The notes under the pieces are model-generated. The model worked only from the letters and a program-made list of their open reading frames with translations. It was not told the DNA's origin and made no database searches. Positions 53,416 to 64,000 of a stretch of 64,000 nucleotides of DNA are shown here, one piece after another (positions within the stretch are counted from its first letter, which is position 1; each line of letters begins with the position of its first letter). The stretch is from contig NW_025766092.1 of the NCBI RefSeq assembly GCF_003918875.1, positions 1,054,001-1,118,000 of the forward strand, written 5' to 3'. The stretch comes from Haliotis rubra. Lineage: Eukaryota. Position numbers and translations under genes: made by a program.

Positions 53416-53488
53416 TTCATGAGTAATGAATAAAGTGTCTTTGGTTCGAAGAAAACATCCGAGTTTGAGTAATAATGATTAATATGGC

Positions 53489-53548
53489 ATACCACACCTT
53501 GCTGCCCGATACCACACCTTGCTGCCCGATACCACACCTTGCTGCCCG
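53489..53548. repeat. 20-bp tandem repeat x3
   Basis: ataccacaccttgctgcccg three times. Confidence 0.9.
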
Positions 53549-53839
53549 CTGCCACGTGATTAATGACTGTCACAATGTTTTTGCCACATAAAACACTTAC
53601 GTTCATTATGTTTGTATGCGTAAGTGTAGTGTCGCAACGAACACACAATCTCCTGCAACATATAATTTTGTTGCTCTTTACAATGAAGTTCTAGTACGCT
53701 ACACAACACATAGGAGAGAACAGTCTGCATTACTTTCCTATGATGACGAATAAAAGACTGAGTTTGTGTTTCGTTTCGTTGTATTTCTTACTCAAATGAA
53801 AGTTTTTCGGGAAATAGGTCTTCTCTGAAAAGAGTGAGG

Positions 53840-54188
53840 TGAGATGAAATTGGGTTTAACGTCGAGCTTGAGAATGTTTCGCTCATATGACGACGTGCAT
53901 GCATGTGTATGTGTATGTGCGGCTGCTTGTACTAGCCCAGACTTAAGCTGTTTTATAGTGCTAGCCCACTGAGATTCCATGCCGCAGTGAAGCATGAATA
54001 CCCCACTTAGACACATTATACTTACTCCCAGCCGACCAGTCCTCGTTGTACCCATTAATGCCGAGCGCCAGGCAGGGACCAACAAGTACCATATTTTAAC
54101 GTCTTTTGGTATGACGCGTTCGGGGATCGAACCCGCGACCTTCCGCTCTCCGGGCGGACGCTCTAACCACTACACCATGGTGGCGGTT
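53840..54188 (-). mobile_element. tRNA-derived SINE, third family
   Basis: Reverse complement begins accgccaccatggtgtagtggttagagcg...ggttcgatccccg...gtcataccaaaagac. Confidence 0.8.
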
Positions 54189-54769
54189 TCTCTGAAAAGA
54201 ACTATCCTGGGTTAATTGCCTGCACCCTTAACTTTAGGGACAGTACGATTTAATCAAATAAAACTCTACTAAAATGGTAAATTTAGAACACCATATGTTA
54301 GTATCTGTGCAATATGTAATTATCCAATATTCCATGCAGAAGTAAGAAATATACAAATTACTTCAGTTTAAACGCGTTGCACTAAACAAAGTGCATTGTT
54401 GGACCGAGTTAACCCATGTGAACACAGCCGAAGTTCGATGTGATCAGAGTTGTTTTTTGTTTAAAAGTGGCAAATATATTCAGACAGACTGACAAGTTTA
54501 TTTCATAAATGTTGCCATGAGGCCAATAGTACAAAATGACAACTTGGATTAAATTTTTACAGAGCGCATGGACATGATTTTGTTTGCAATAATTGCTAGA
54601 CGGAGTATGATATTGAGGTTCTTAGTATTTAGTAGATGTACAATTTCATTTTATTTTATGCTTTTATTTATTATTGTTTTGGGGGTGGGGGTGGGGTGGG
54701 ATGGGGTGGGGGGGTCTGTGGTCATAATATAGATACTGGGTGGGGGGTGGGGGCTGTGGTCATAATATA

Positions 54770-54930
54770 GATACATTGTGTGAAGTGGGTTCTTACCGCT
54801 GCATATAAAGGACATTTCATTAACACATGGTACTCATCTTCAGGTACACTTTTACAATAATCACACATAGCTACACTAATGTCATTGTCTTTAGATCTTC
54901 TATACGAAATCATTTTCCGTTGTATTCCAA
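54770..54930 (-). mobile_element. LINE 3' fragment
   Basis: CDYCKSVPEDEYHVLMKCPLYAAVR, same C-terminal motif as at 39129-39350. Confidence 0.55.
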
Positions 54931-55606
54931 CGGGAGTGTAGTATAACGCACCAACTGCAAGCCATGAGGTGGTGTGAATATCGAAATGGTTACTCAACAC
55001 TATACAAACCAGCGGAAATCGACAGCAGAGGGCGTTATATGACGTCGCCGTGTGTCGAGGAAGGAGGAGGGAGAGCCGTGTTCATGTGCTAATTTGTGAT
55101 TATGCAATCTTTCAATGATAGCTCATCAATTAGTTCAGCGGCAAACATACATTCCTACGGTGCCGACGTCCAGATATTTGTGTTGCTCATGTGAGTTTTG
55201 ATTATGTTTGTGGTTAAAAGGTGGCATGAGAAATGTCTGAAATCACCTTGCCATATTTTCTCCCAAGGAATGAGATCAATTATTCAACAAGTTTGAAGAC
55301 ATTATTTCAGCCATCGATAATTAAGGTGGTTGCGCCATCTTTACAGTCATGACACACAAATGTCACCATGGCTACGTCAGAGAATAGGGGAGGTAATTTG
55401 AACAGAGGCCATGTACCTATAAAGTGTCCTTCATCGCAGGATAAAAAAACTATCGGTGATTTTAATCATTTAGCGAAGCATTTAAGAAACAGAAATATTA
55501 AGTGTATCGTTGGAGAACAAGTACGAAGGAGGGTTTTTAAGATGGCTGGTTGTCACTATACCTGTGCTGTGATATATACTTCTGTTTTATTTATGTTTCC
55601 AGGGTT

Positions 55607-58600
55607 ATGGGCTATTACATATTAGGAATCGTCGCTATAGTGGTCGCAACTCTTTCGGCATTCGCAGGTAAGTTTGCATATCCCTTGCAAACATGTACGC
55701 CGTAGCAGGCACTCCCAATCACCAGCAGTGATTGCTGTGTAACCCTGTGTTTGATAAAAGACTACAGGAACCGTGACCTGCCAGATCTCAAATCTGCAGT
55801 TGGTCATCGATATTCCGGGTTAGAATTCATTCGGACCGAAATGAACCTGTCAGAGGCGACAGGCTAATTTCGTTCTGACTGAATTCTAATGCCACAGTCA
55901 TATAATTGTGATATGACTATCCACTGAATGTGTTCATATTGTTGTGATATCGTCATACTGCTGACTGCTTCGGGGAATATGATGGTGGTGTCAACATCGC
56001 ACTGATTGTTGTGATGATAACATTTCTGCGTGCGATATACTGCGGTGAGATCATGATATCGTAATGCTCTAGGCTGCAGTAGGATAGTTGTGATATCATG
56101 ATTCGCCTTAAGACTGCAGTGAAATAGTCGTGATGACATGATTCTCCTCTAGGTTGCAGTGAGATAGTCGTGATGTCATGATTCTCCTCTAGGTTGCAGT
56201 GAGATAGTCGTGATGTCATGATTCTCCTCTAGGTTGCATTGAAATAGTCGTGATGACATTATTCTCCTCTACGTTGCAGTGAGATAGTCGTGATGACATG
56301 ATTCTCCTCTAGGTTGCAGTGAGATAGTCGTGATGACATGATTCTCCTCTAGGTTGCAGTGAAATAGTCGTGATGACATGATTCTCCTCTAGGTTGCAGT
56401 GAAATAGTCGTGGTGTCATGATTCTCCTCTACGTTGCAGTGAAATAGTCGTGATGACATGATTCTCCTCTACGTTGTAGTGAAATAGTCGTGGTGTCATG
56501 ATTCTCCTCTAGGTTGCAGTGAAATAGTCGTGATGACATGATTCTCCTCTACGTTGCAGTGAGATAGTCGTGATGACATGATTCTCCTCTAGGTTGCAGT
56601 GAGATAGTCGTGATGACATGATTCTCCTCTAGGTTGCAGTGAAATAGTCGTGATGACATGATTGTCCTCTAGGTTGCAGTGAAATAGTCGTGGTGTCATG
56701 ATTCTCCTCTACGTTGCAGTGAAATAGTCGTGATGACATGATTCTCCTCTACGTTGTAGTGAAATAGTCGTGGTGTCATGATTCTCCTCTAGGTTGCAGT
56801 GAAATAGTCGTGATGACATGATTCTCCTCTACGTTGCAGTGAAATAGTCGTGATGACATGATTCTCCTCTAGGTTGCAGTGAGATAGTCGTGATGACATG
56901 ATTCTCCTCTAGGTTGCAGTGAGATAGTCGTGATGACATGATTCTCCTCTAGGTTGCAGTGAGATAGTCGTGACAAGGTTGCAGTGAAATAGTCGTGATG
57001 ACATGATTCTCCTCTAGGTTGCAGTGAGATAGTCGTGATGACATGATTCTCCTCTAGGTTGCAGTGAGATAGTCGTGATGACATGATTCTCCTCTAGGTT
57101 GCAGTGAGTTAGTCGTGATGTCATGATTCTCCTCTAAGTTGCAGTGAGTTAGTCGTGATGTCATGATTCTCCTCCAAGCTGCAATGACATAGTTTTTATG
57201 GCTTTATAGAACAAGTCGGTGTGAGTTCAGTGTGACTGTTACAGGAACAAGCTGTGTGACGACGCCGTCCAACAGAGAGTGCCATCAAGCATGTAATACC
57301 TGCTCAGCTGACACATGCTCAAACAACTGCATCACATGTCCTGCTACGCTCTACGGAACCGACTGCACCCGGACGTGTCCTGCCCACTGTAAAGATGGGA
57401 GATGTGAACTCCTGTCTAACGGCCGGAGTGTAAACTGTACGATGGGCTGTCAGGCAGGGTACAGGGGTTTGACCTGTAACACGGGCTGTAAACGACCCTG
57501 TTTGACATGTGACCGGTATACCGGGAGATGTACTGGACCCTGCAGGGCTGGGTTCTACGGCGGAGAGTGTTTACAGAGGTGCTTGTATCCCTGTAACCGT
57601 TGCGACAAAGGGTCTGGAAGATGTCTGGATCCTTGTGAAAATGGATTCTATGGTTCTAATTGTTCACAGAGGTGTTCACGGGCGTGCTATCGCTGTAACA
57701 AAGAGTCTGGAGAGTGCACAGGTCATTGTAACGACGGCTACTATGGTGAAACCTGCACTAAGATCCAGCTAAGTGATGCACAAAGCCAGAGGCAGTGTGG
57801 CGATGAGCATCACCACTGAAGTACAAGATGAAAAATCAAAGCCACACACGACAACTGAGGACAGCGCTTCCGGCGAGACAAACGTCACTGTAGAAGATGA
57901 CAATGAGACCGCATTCCCAAGTACGTGCACTGTGTGTAGTTTGACATGTTAATACAGGGTAGTTTATAATATGTAGAGAGTTTCAGGTAAAGTGCTAATT
58001 ACTGAGCTCTCGGGTGCTTTCATGAAAAACAAATCAGGAACCTGAGTGAGTGAGTGAGTGAGTGAGTGAGTGAGTGAGTGTGAGTGGTCCTGAGTGAGTG
58101 TTGAGTGGTGGTGAGTGAGTGAGTGAGTGAGTGAGTGAGTGAGTGAGTGAGTGAGTGAGTGAGTGAGCGAGTGAGGTAAATAATCCTACTCCGTTTCATC
58201 ATTACTACCACTTTGGCCGAACGTCAAAGAAGAAGGATGATTTAATTGCCTTGCTGATCACTGTACATAGTCGTAGTGGAAAAGAATATGTATCGGTGTG
58301 TGTCATGTATGGACAAAACATTCAGCTTGAAGAAACCAATGCCCTCCGACATGACTATGGAATCCTAGAAGGGATATTGTCGAGTTGCCGCCCTCTCAAA
58401 AACAAACAAAAAGAGTCAAAACTTACCAAAGGGCGACAATGCGACAACGTGAAATTTTGGACATTTCTCGCATTGTCGTGCTTTTAATAATATTTTTATA
58501 TTCATACAAAGGGCGACAATGCGACATAGAGACAATTTTCAAGGTCAAATATGTCGCGTTGTCGCATTTTCACATGTTGCTTGCTTTTGAGAGGGCGGCA

Positions 58601-60692
58601 GCGCGACAATATCCCTTCTAGGATTCCACAGTCATGTCGGAAGGCAATTTAGTTTTCTTCAAGTTGAATGTTTTGTCTTTAATTGGTTCAATGTTTCAGG
58701 GACTCTGCCTACAACCAAGACACACAATCCGTACATCATAGCCATTGTCATGGTGGTTGTTGCTGCTGGTCTCCTGGTACTGATAACGACTCCGTTCCTC
58801 CTCTGCACTTGGTATGTATTGCTTTCACGATACAAATATGATGCGCTTTCAGATTTGTGAGTGAGTGAGTGAGTTTAGTTTTACGCCGCACTCAGCAATA
58901 TGCCAGCTATATGGCGGCGGTCTGTAAATAATCGAGTCTGGACAAGACAATCCAGTGATCAACAGCATGAGCATCGATCTGCGCAATTGGGAACCGATGA
59001 CATGTGTCAACCAAGTCAGCGAGCCTGACCACCCGATCCCGTTAGTCGCCTCTTACGACAAGCATGGGTTACTGAAGACTCATTCTAACCTGGACCTTCA
59101 CGGGTTTCAGATTTGTGATTGTTATGGTGTAATAATAACAATGACCAGAGTCATTTCATTTGGACCTGGACCGACTTTGTAAACGGGAGTTTCACCTTTC
59201 AACGTTCTGACTTTACCATTAATTACTTTAATGGTATCCGAAAAACGCACCAATGATTGGATGTAGTCATATGTTTCAATGGCAACAGAATCCACGAGGT
59301 TAACAGTTTGATAATGAAATGAAAGATGCTTTCTGATCAAATTAATTTAGAACACATTCCGAAGGCCACGTTAGATTTGTGCACGATAGAAAGAAGATAT
59401 TCTGCTTTTAGTTCTTATTTAACAACATCCGACAGCATCAGATTGTGCTCCCTTCCGCAACTGTATTACAACGAGAATTATAGTGTTGATACGATGATGC
59501 GCTGGAGAAGCTGTGTCAGATATGGTATACAGGAACTCTGCAATACTCTGCAGGTGTCCGGAGCTGTATATATTTGGCATTTCGATATATAAACTCACTG
59601 ATATGTGTGACCTGAAAGAATGACCCGTGAAGGTACGGGTTAGAATATTGATCTTCAGTAACCCATTCTTATCGTAAGAGGCGACTAACGGGATCGGGTG
59701 GTCAGGCTCGCTGACTTGGTTGACACATGTCCATCGATTCCCAATTGCACAGATCGATGATCATGCTGTTGATCACTGGATTGTCTGGTCCAGACTAGAT
59801 TATTTACAGATCGCCGCCGGAATATTGGAATATTGCGGCGCAAAACTACACTCACTCACTCACCTAAGAATGATGTTATGAAAGAAGTAAGGCCCTTTGG
59901 AATTCACAGTTAATGAGACGCAATGCTAATCTACATACTAACCATAGGATTTCAACTCTCACTTTTCTTGTTTGCAAGAGATTTCCATTGGACATAGGAG
60001 AAAAATGGCGGTGAAAAATTAGTGAATTGATTTCTGACAATATTGGTGATGAACAAGATGTTCTCGAAAGAAACATTCTCAACAATATTGCGCATCAAGC
60101 AATAAATTCAACACTAACCAAATCTTCACTACATGAGTAATATTATGACAATAAAAATCTTTCAAGTTTGTTTCAATGTTTATGAAAACGTTATGCTTAC
60201 TGTTCTTTTTCTAGGCATCGACGAAAACCACAAAAGAGATCTGTGACCAATGTTGCGGTTACTGAGCGCGATTCTGACCATGTCTATGATGAAATAGGCC
60301 CTCCAACCGTACAGCCAAACACAGTTGCACCTCCAGACATTGAAGCGGGATACCTTACACCTACACGGCCAAATACTGAGTCAAGCTACCTAACCCCTAC
60401 AATGCCTAACCCATATACCGTAAGCATTGTTACAGTACCTCCAGACAATGGAGCGGGATACCTTACACCTACAAAGCCTAACACAGATTCCGGAAGCATT
60501 GTTACAGCACCTCCAGACACTGAAGCGGGATACCTCACGGCGACACAGCCAAATACTGAGACCAGATACCTAACCCTTTCACAGTCTAACACAGAGACCA
60601 GATACTTAACCCTTGCACAGCCTAACACAGATACCGGAAGCATGGTTACAGCACTTTCAGACACTGGAGCGGGATACTTTACAACTGTTTGA
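55607..60692 (+). CDS. EGF/laminin-EGF repeat type I receptor (MEGF10/Draper/SREC-like); coding exons 55607-55667, 57245-57920, 58700-58811, 60215-60692
   Basis: Signal peptide MGYYILGIVAIVVATLSAFA; about five C..G(F/Y)YG..C repeats; S/T/E-rich stalk; TM YIIAIVMVVVAAGLLVLITTPFLLC then WHRRK; Tyr-motif tail. Exon phases 1, 1, 2 are compatible. One frameshift between 57771 and 57817. Confidence 0.8.
56040..57190. repeat. 40-bp minisatellite, ~28 copies
   Basis: tgcagtga(g/a)atagtcgtgatgacatgattctcctctaggt repeated, within the first coding intron of the EGF gene. Confidence 0.97.
58044..58173. repeat. (GAGT)n microsatellite
   Basis: Direct observation. Confidence 0.95.
58312..58677. mobile_element. 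Foldback/MITE with ~95-bp inverted arms
   Basis: gacaaaacattcagcttgaagaaa...gccgccctctcaaaa pairs with ttttgagagggcggc...tttcttcaagttgaatgttttgtc. Internal aagggcgacaatgcgaca repeats. Confidence 0.8.
58857..59105 (-). mobile_element. SINE family B, full length
   Basis: Reverse complement of the family consensus. TSD-like ttcagatttgtga on both sides. Confidence 0.9.
59622..59862 (+). mobile_element. SINE family B, full length
   Basis: gacccgtgaaggtacgggttagaat...actcactcac. TSD-like aagaatga. Confidence 0.9.
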
Positions 60693-62194
60693 AGACCTAA
60701 TCTCAGGTTATGACACCATCTTACTGATAAAGGTGGATTAACACCATAAGCACTGTACAAACTGAAAAGTGGAAATTATATTCGTATATATGTAATAAAT
60801 AATATACTATTTTTTTACTATGTGTTTCAGCGAATAATCGAGATGTTGACGTTATATATTTAGAGGAAAAGCTCTGATAAGTTAGTTTCTCTCTTTCACT
60901 ATTTCAATCGGTCAAGGCTTTGTGGTGTAATTAGATTTTGATCCATAACAGGAGCTTCAGTAAATACTCAGTTCAGGAAACATTGATTAAGAGAGGTTTG
61001 AGTTTCACTTTCAGTTGCTAGAGGTTACACAAAACCAAACATTTTCCCATTGACTTTAATTTAACGTTATATTACAACAAATTAACTTTTCAACAAATTA
61101 ACGTTATAAGCAATAACAATCTAAAATACAACCAGCTCCTTTTCCGAAGACTAACCTCAGTTCCGCACAAAATGTCAACCGCTTGAAAATACCTGTGGTC
61201 ACATTCCGTCTAATTCATAATGTAAAAACAGACAGCTCTATGTATTAAAACATATGGTCAGTTTTAATTACTGTATGAATGAACTTTCAAAAAACACAAA
61301 AATCTGACACAATCGCCCAATCACAGCTGTCAGATTATTCAGCCCGCACCTACGAAAGGTGCTCGTTACACTACGGGTTCTGGTTTGATGTAGTGTAACC
61401 TTAGACCGGTGACACAACAGAAGCAGATCATACAATGAAATCGTTCGACTGAGGCAGATATTGTTGACCTGTTCTGTCAAAGAATTGCAATAGGGTCAAT
61501 GTGTGGAGCCCTTATGAGTAGTTTTGATACAGAGCTATGAAAATATCCTTGTGTTAGTAATTGAAAACAGTAGCTGATTCGGGAGTTTCAATTTGTGGCG
61601 GTCAAAACTTGTATCCTTCCTAATCTGACTTGCTGTCTGTAATGTATATTTGACATGTGCCTGACTGGCTATAAAGCTGGATAATAACAAGTACGTTTTA
61701 TCATGTATCGAGCAGTAAGTCAGTTAGCCACAACCTTTTGGCTTTGCAGTATTGGCTTTTCGAGTCTCGCAGTTTGGCTGAAATGTGGTAAGGTAGCCAA
61801 TATAGGTGTTAGGCTATGTAGGGGTTAAGGAGAGCCTGGCTTGCCAAGGTAACAATTCAATATATATATGTGTTTGTCGTCAGAATGGGTAACAAGATCA
61901 GTCTCGGTGTCTCTGTTGAATGGGTGTAATTATATCAAACACTTATTTGTTGGGCCACGGTTATTTATAGTCCAACGGGCTGTAACTCGGACATTACTCG
62001 CTTTGTTGTAAAACAGCAGCCAACCAAACATCACGAACAATCCAAACGATAAATGAAAGCGAATAAACAAGGGATTCTTTCCTTCCAGAAGTAGTCGAAA
62101 CTCTCATAAAATATCTGTTGACGACATGCCACATTGTTGGAGGGGTGATCCGGATACCATGGCGATTAGGTTATGTTGTTGTTGTTGTTGTTAT

Positions 62195-62400
62195 TGTTGT
62201 TTAACTCTGCTTTCAGCAGTGTTCTAGTTATATGGCGCTTGTGAAAACTGAGCCTTGACCTAACAAAGGATTGATATCTCTGACATCACGGGTATTGAGC
62301 TACACATTAGGGATGCTATGGTATGTATCAACCAAGTCAGCGAGTCTGAACAAGTAATAACATTAGTTAACTCTAAGGACAGTCATGGGTTGCTGCATCT
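62195..62400 (-). mobile_element. SINE family B, old copy
   Basis: Diverged match including tcaaccaagtcagcgagtctga and catgggttgctg. Confidence 0.55.
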
Positions 62401-62483
62401 TCATTAGGAACTAAATTCTTTAACGTACTTTCTCATGATTGCTTGCATGGTAACGTCGAACTCGATGTACTAGCTGTAATAGT

Positions 62484-63389
62484 AGCGTCGCACTCAGTAA
62501 TGTTTTAGCTTTATGATAAAGCCCCACTCAGAAATGTTTAACTATATGATAAAGCCGCACTTTGCAACATTCTAGTTGTATGATGAAGCCGCACTCAGCA
62601 ACATTCTAGCTTGTATGATAAAGCGGCACTCAGCAACATTCTAGTTGTATGATAAAGCCGCACTCTGCAACATTCTAGCTGTATGATAACGCCGCACTCA
62701 GCAACATTCTAGCTGTATGATAACGCCGCACTCAGCAATGTTCTAGTTGTATGATAACGCCGCACTCTGCAACATTCTAGTTGTATGATAACGCCGCACT
62801 CAGCAACATTCTAGTTGTATGATAACGCCGCACTCAGCAATGTTCTAGTTGTATGATAACGCCGCACTCAGCAATGTTCTAGTTGTATGATAACGCCGCA
62901 CTCAGCAACATTCTAGTTGTATGATAACGCCGCACTCAGCAATGTTTAACTATATGATAAAGCCACACTCTGCAACATTCTAGTTGTATGATAACGCCGC
63001 ACTCAGCAATGTTTAACTATATGATGATAAGCCGCACTCTGCAACATTCTAGTTGTATAATGATAACGCCGCACTCAGCAATGTTCTAGCTTTATGATAA
63101 CGCCGCACTCAGCAATGTTTAACTATATGATAAAGCCGCAGTTCCCAGCAACATTCTAGTTGCTAGCTGTATGATAACGCCGCACTCAGCAATGTTCTAG
63201 TTGTATGATAACGCCGCACTCAGCAATGTTCTAGTTGTATGATAACGCCGCACTCAGCAATGTTCTAGTTGTATGATAACGCCGCACTCAGCAACATTCT
63301 AGTTGTATGATAACGCCGCACTCAGCACTGTTCTAGCTGTATGATAACGCCGCACTCAGCAATGTTCTAGTTGTATGATAACGACGCAC
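62484..63389. repeat. 34-bp minisatellite derived from the SINE B tail, ~26 copies
   Basis: Unit ttgtatgataacgccgcactcagcaatgttctag; compare acgccgcactcagcaatatgccagctatatg at 58883-58913. Confidence 0.93.
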
Positions 63390-64000
63390 ATGCTGGACCA
63401 CACAAACCTGTTACTGACATCATCAACCTCGATCTACCCAACACAGATGCGATGAGTCATCCAGGTATGCGATCCTGACCACCAATCTCTTAGTCCCCCA
63501 ACATATGACAAGGAGGATTCGCTGTAGTCAGGTTCTAGCAGGATATGGATACTGCCATAGCATTATTGAGTCTAAAGATACCAGTAAACATGATATCACT
63601 GTCTGGCAAAATTCAGTAATCCTATACCAACGTTAGTCCCTGAAAATATATAGTTTCATTTAAACTGAAAAGGAGACCCAATCCTGGAATACTGAGTGAT
63701 TTTCTGACCTGAGGAAAGTGTAGACAGGCTTCATTAAGCGTTTTTACATTACTGATATGGCTGGGCGGAAGGAAAATGGTGTGGTTCAGGGACAGTGAGA
63801 CAAACTAAGTACACCTAAATGGTTTTGTTTCCCCATATCTTGTCGTTGAAATGTTTTATTACTTGACGCTATATCTGTATCTAGTGTAAAATATCCGACT
63901 AACTATTGATTTTGTTATACGACTACACCCGGGGGTAAATTATGGGACGTTACATGTACAGTCGCAAAATGAAATCGGAGACACTGATGGGCAGCAACAT

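Noticed and set aside
56040-57190. CRISPR array or ORFs in the 40-bp repeat
   Set aside because: Head-to-tail units without spacers, and no cas genes.

Overview
This is AT-rich, intron-containing animal DNA with two N-gaps. The SINE repertoire and gene types suggest a mollusc, possibly an abalone-like gastropod (inference). Bases 1-38.4 kb hold the 3' part of one large + strand multi-exon gene that starts upstream of the window. Reading the splice sites gives a type I membrane protein: partial DOMON-like exon, DOMON, SEA, SEA, (DOMON-SEA)x6, DOMON, TM, short tail. All 8 DOMONs keep the Met/His heme-ligand positions and all 8 SEAs keep the G|S(V/I)I autoproteolysis loop. The central units are ~3.57-kb near-identical genomic duplications carrying a shared solo LTR, a shared LINE fragment and a GC-AG intron. 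A 19-bp minisatellite has amplified one exon's own 5' splice site about 100 times. A non-autonomous hairpin element occurs twice with its hairpin loop in opposite (flip/flop) orientations. Bases 38.4-55 kb are repeat-rich: a full-length degenerate BEL/Pao LTR retrotransposon (44670-52201, AGGGA TSD), Tc1/mariner fossils, SINEs, MITEs and LINE tails. Bases 55.6-60.7 kb hold a 4-coding-exon EGF-repeat receptor gene (MEGF10/Draper/SREC-like) with an ITAM-like, YxxP-rich tail and a frameshift before the stalk. All coordinates were read by eye.
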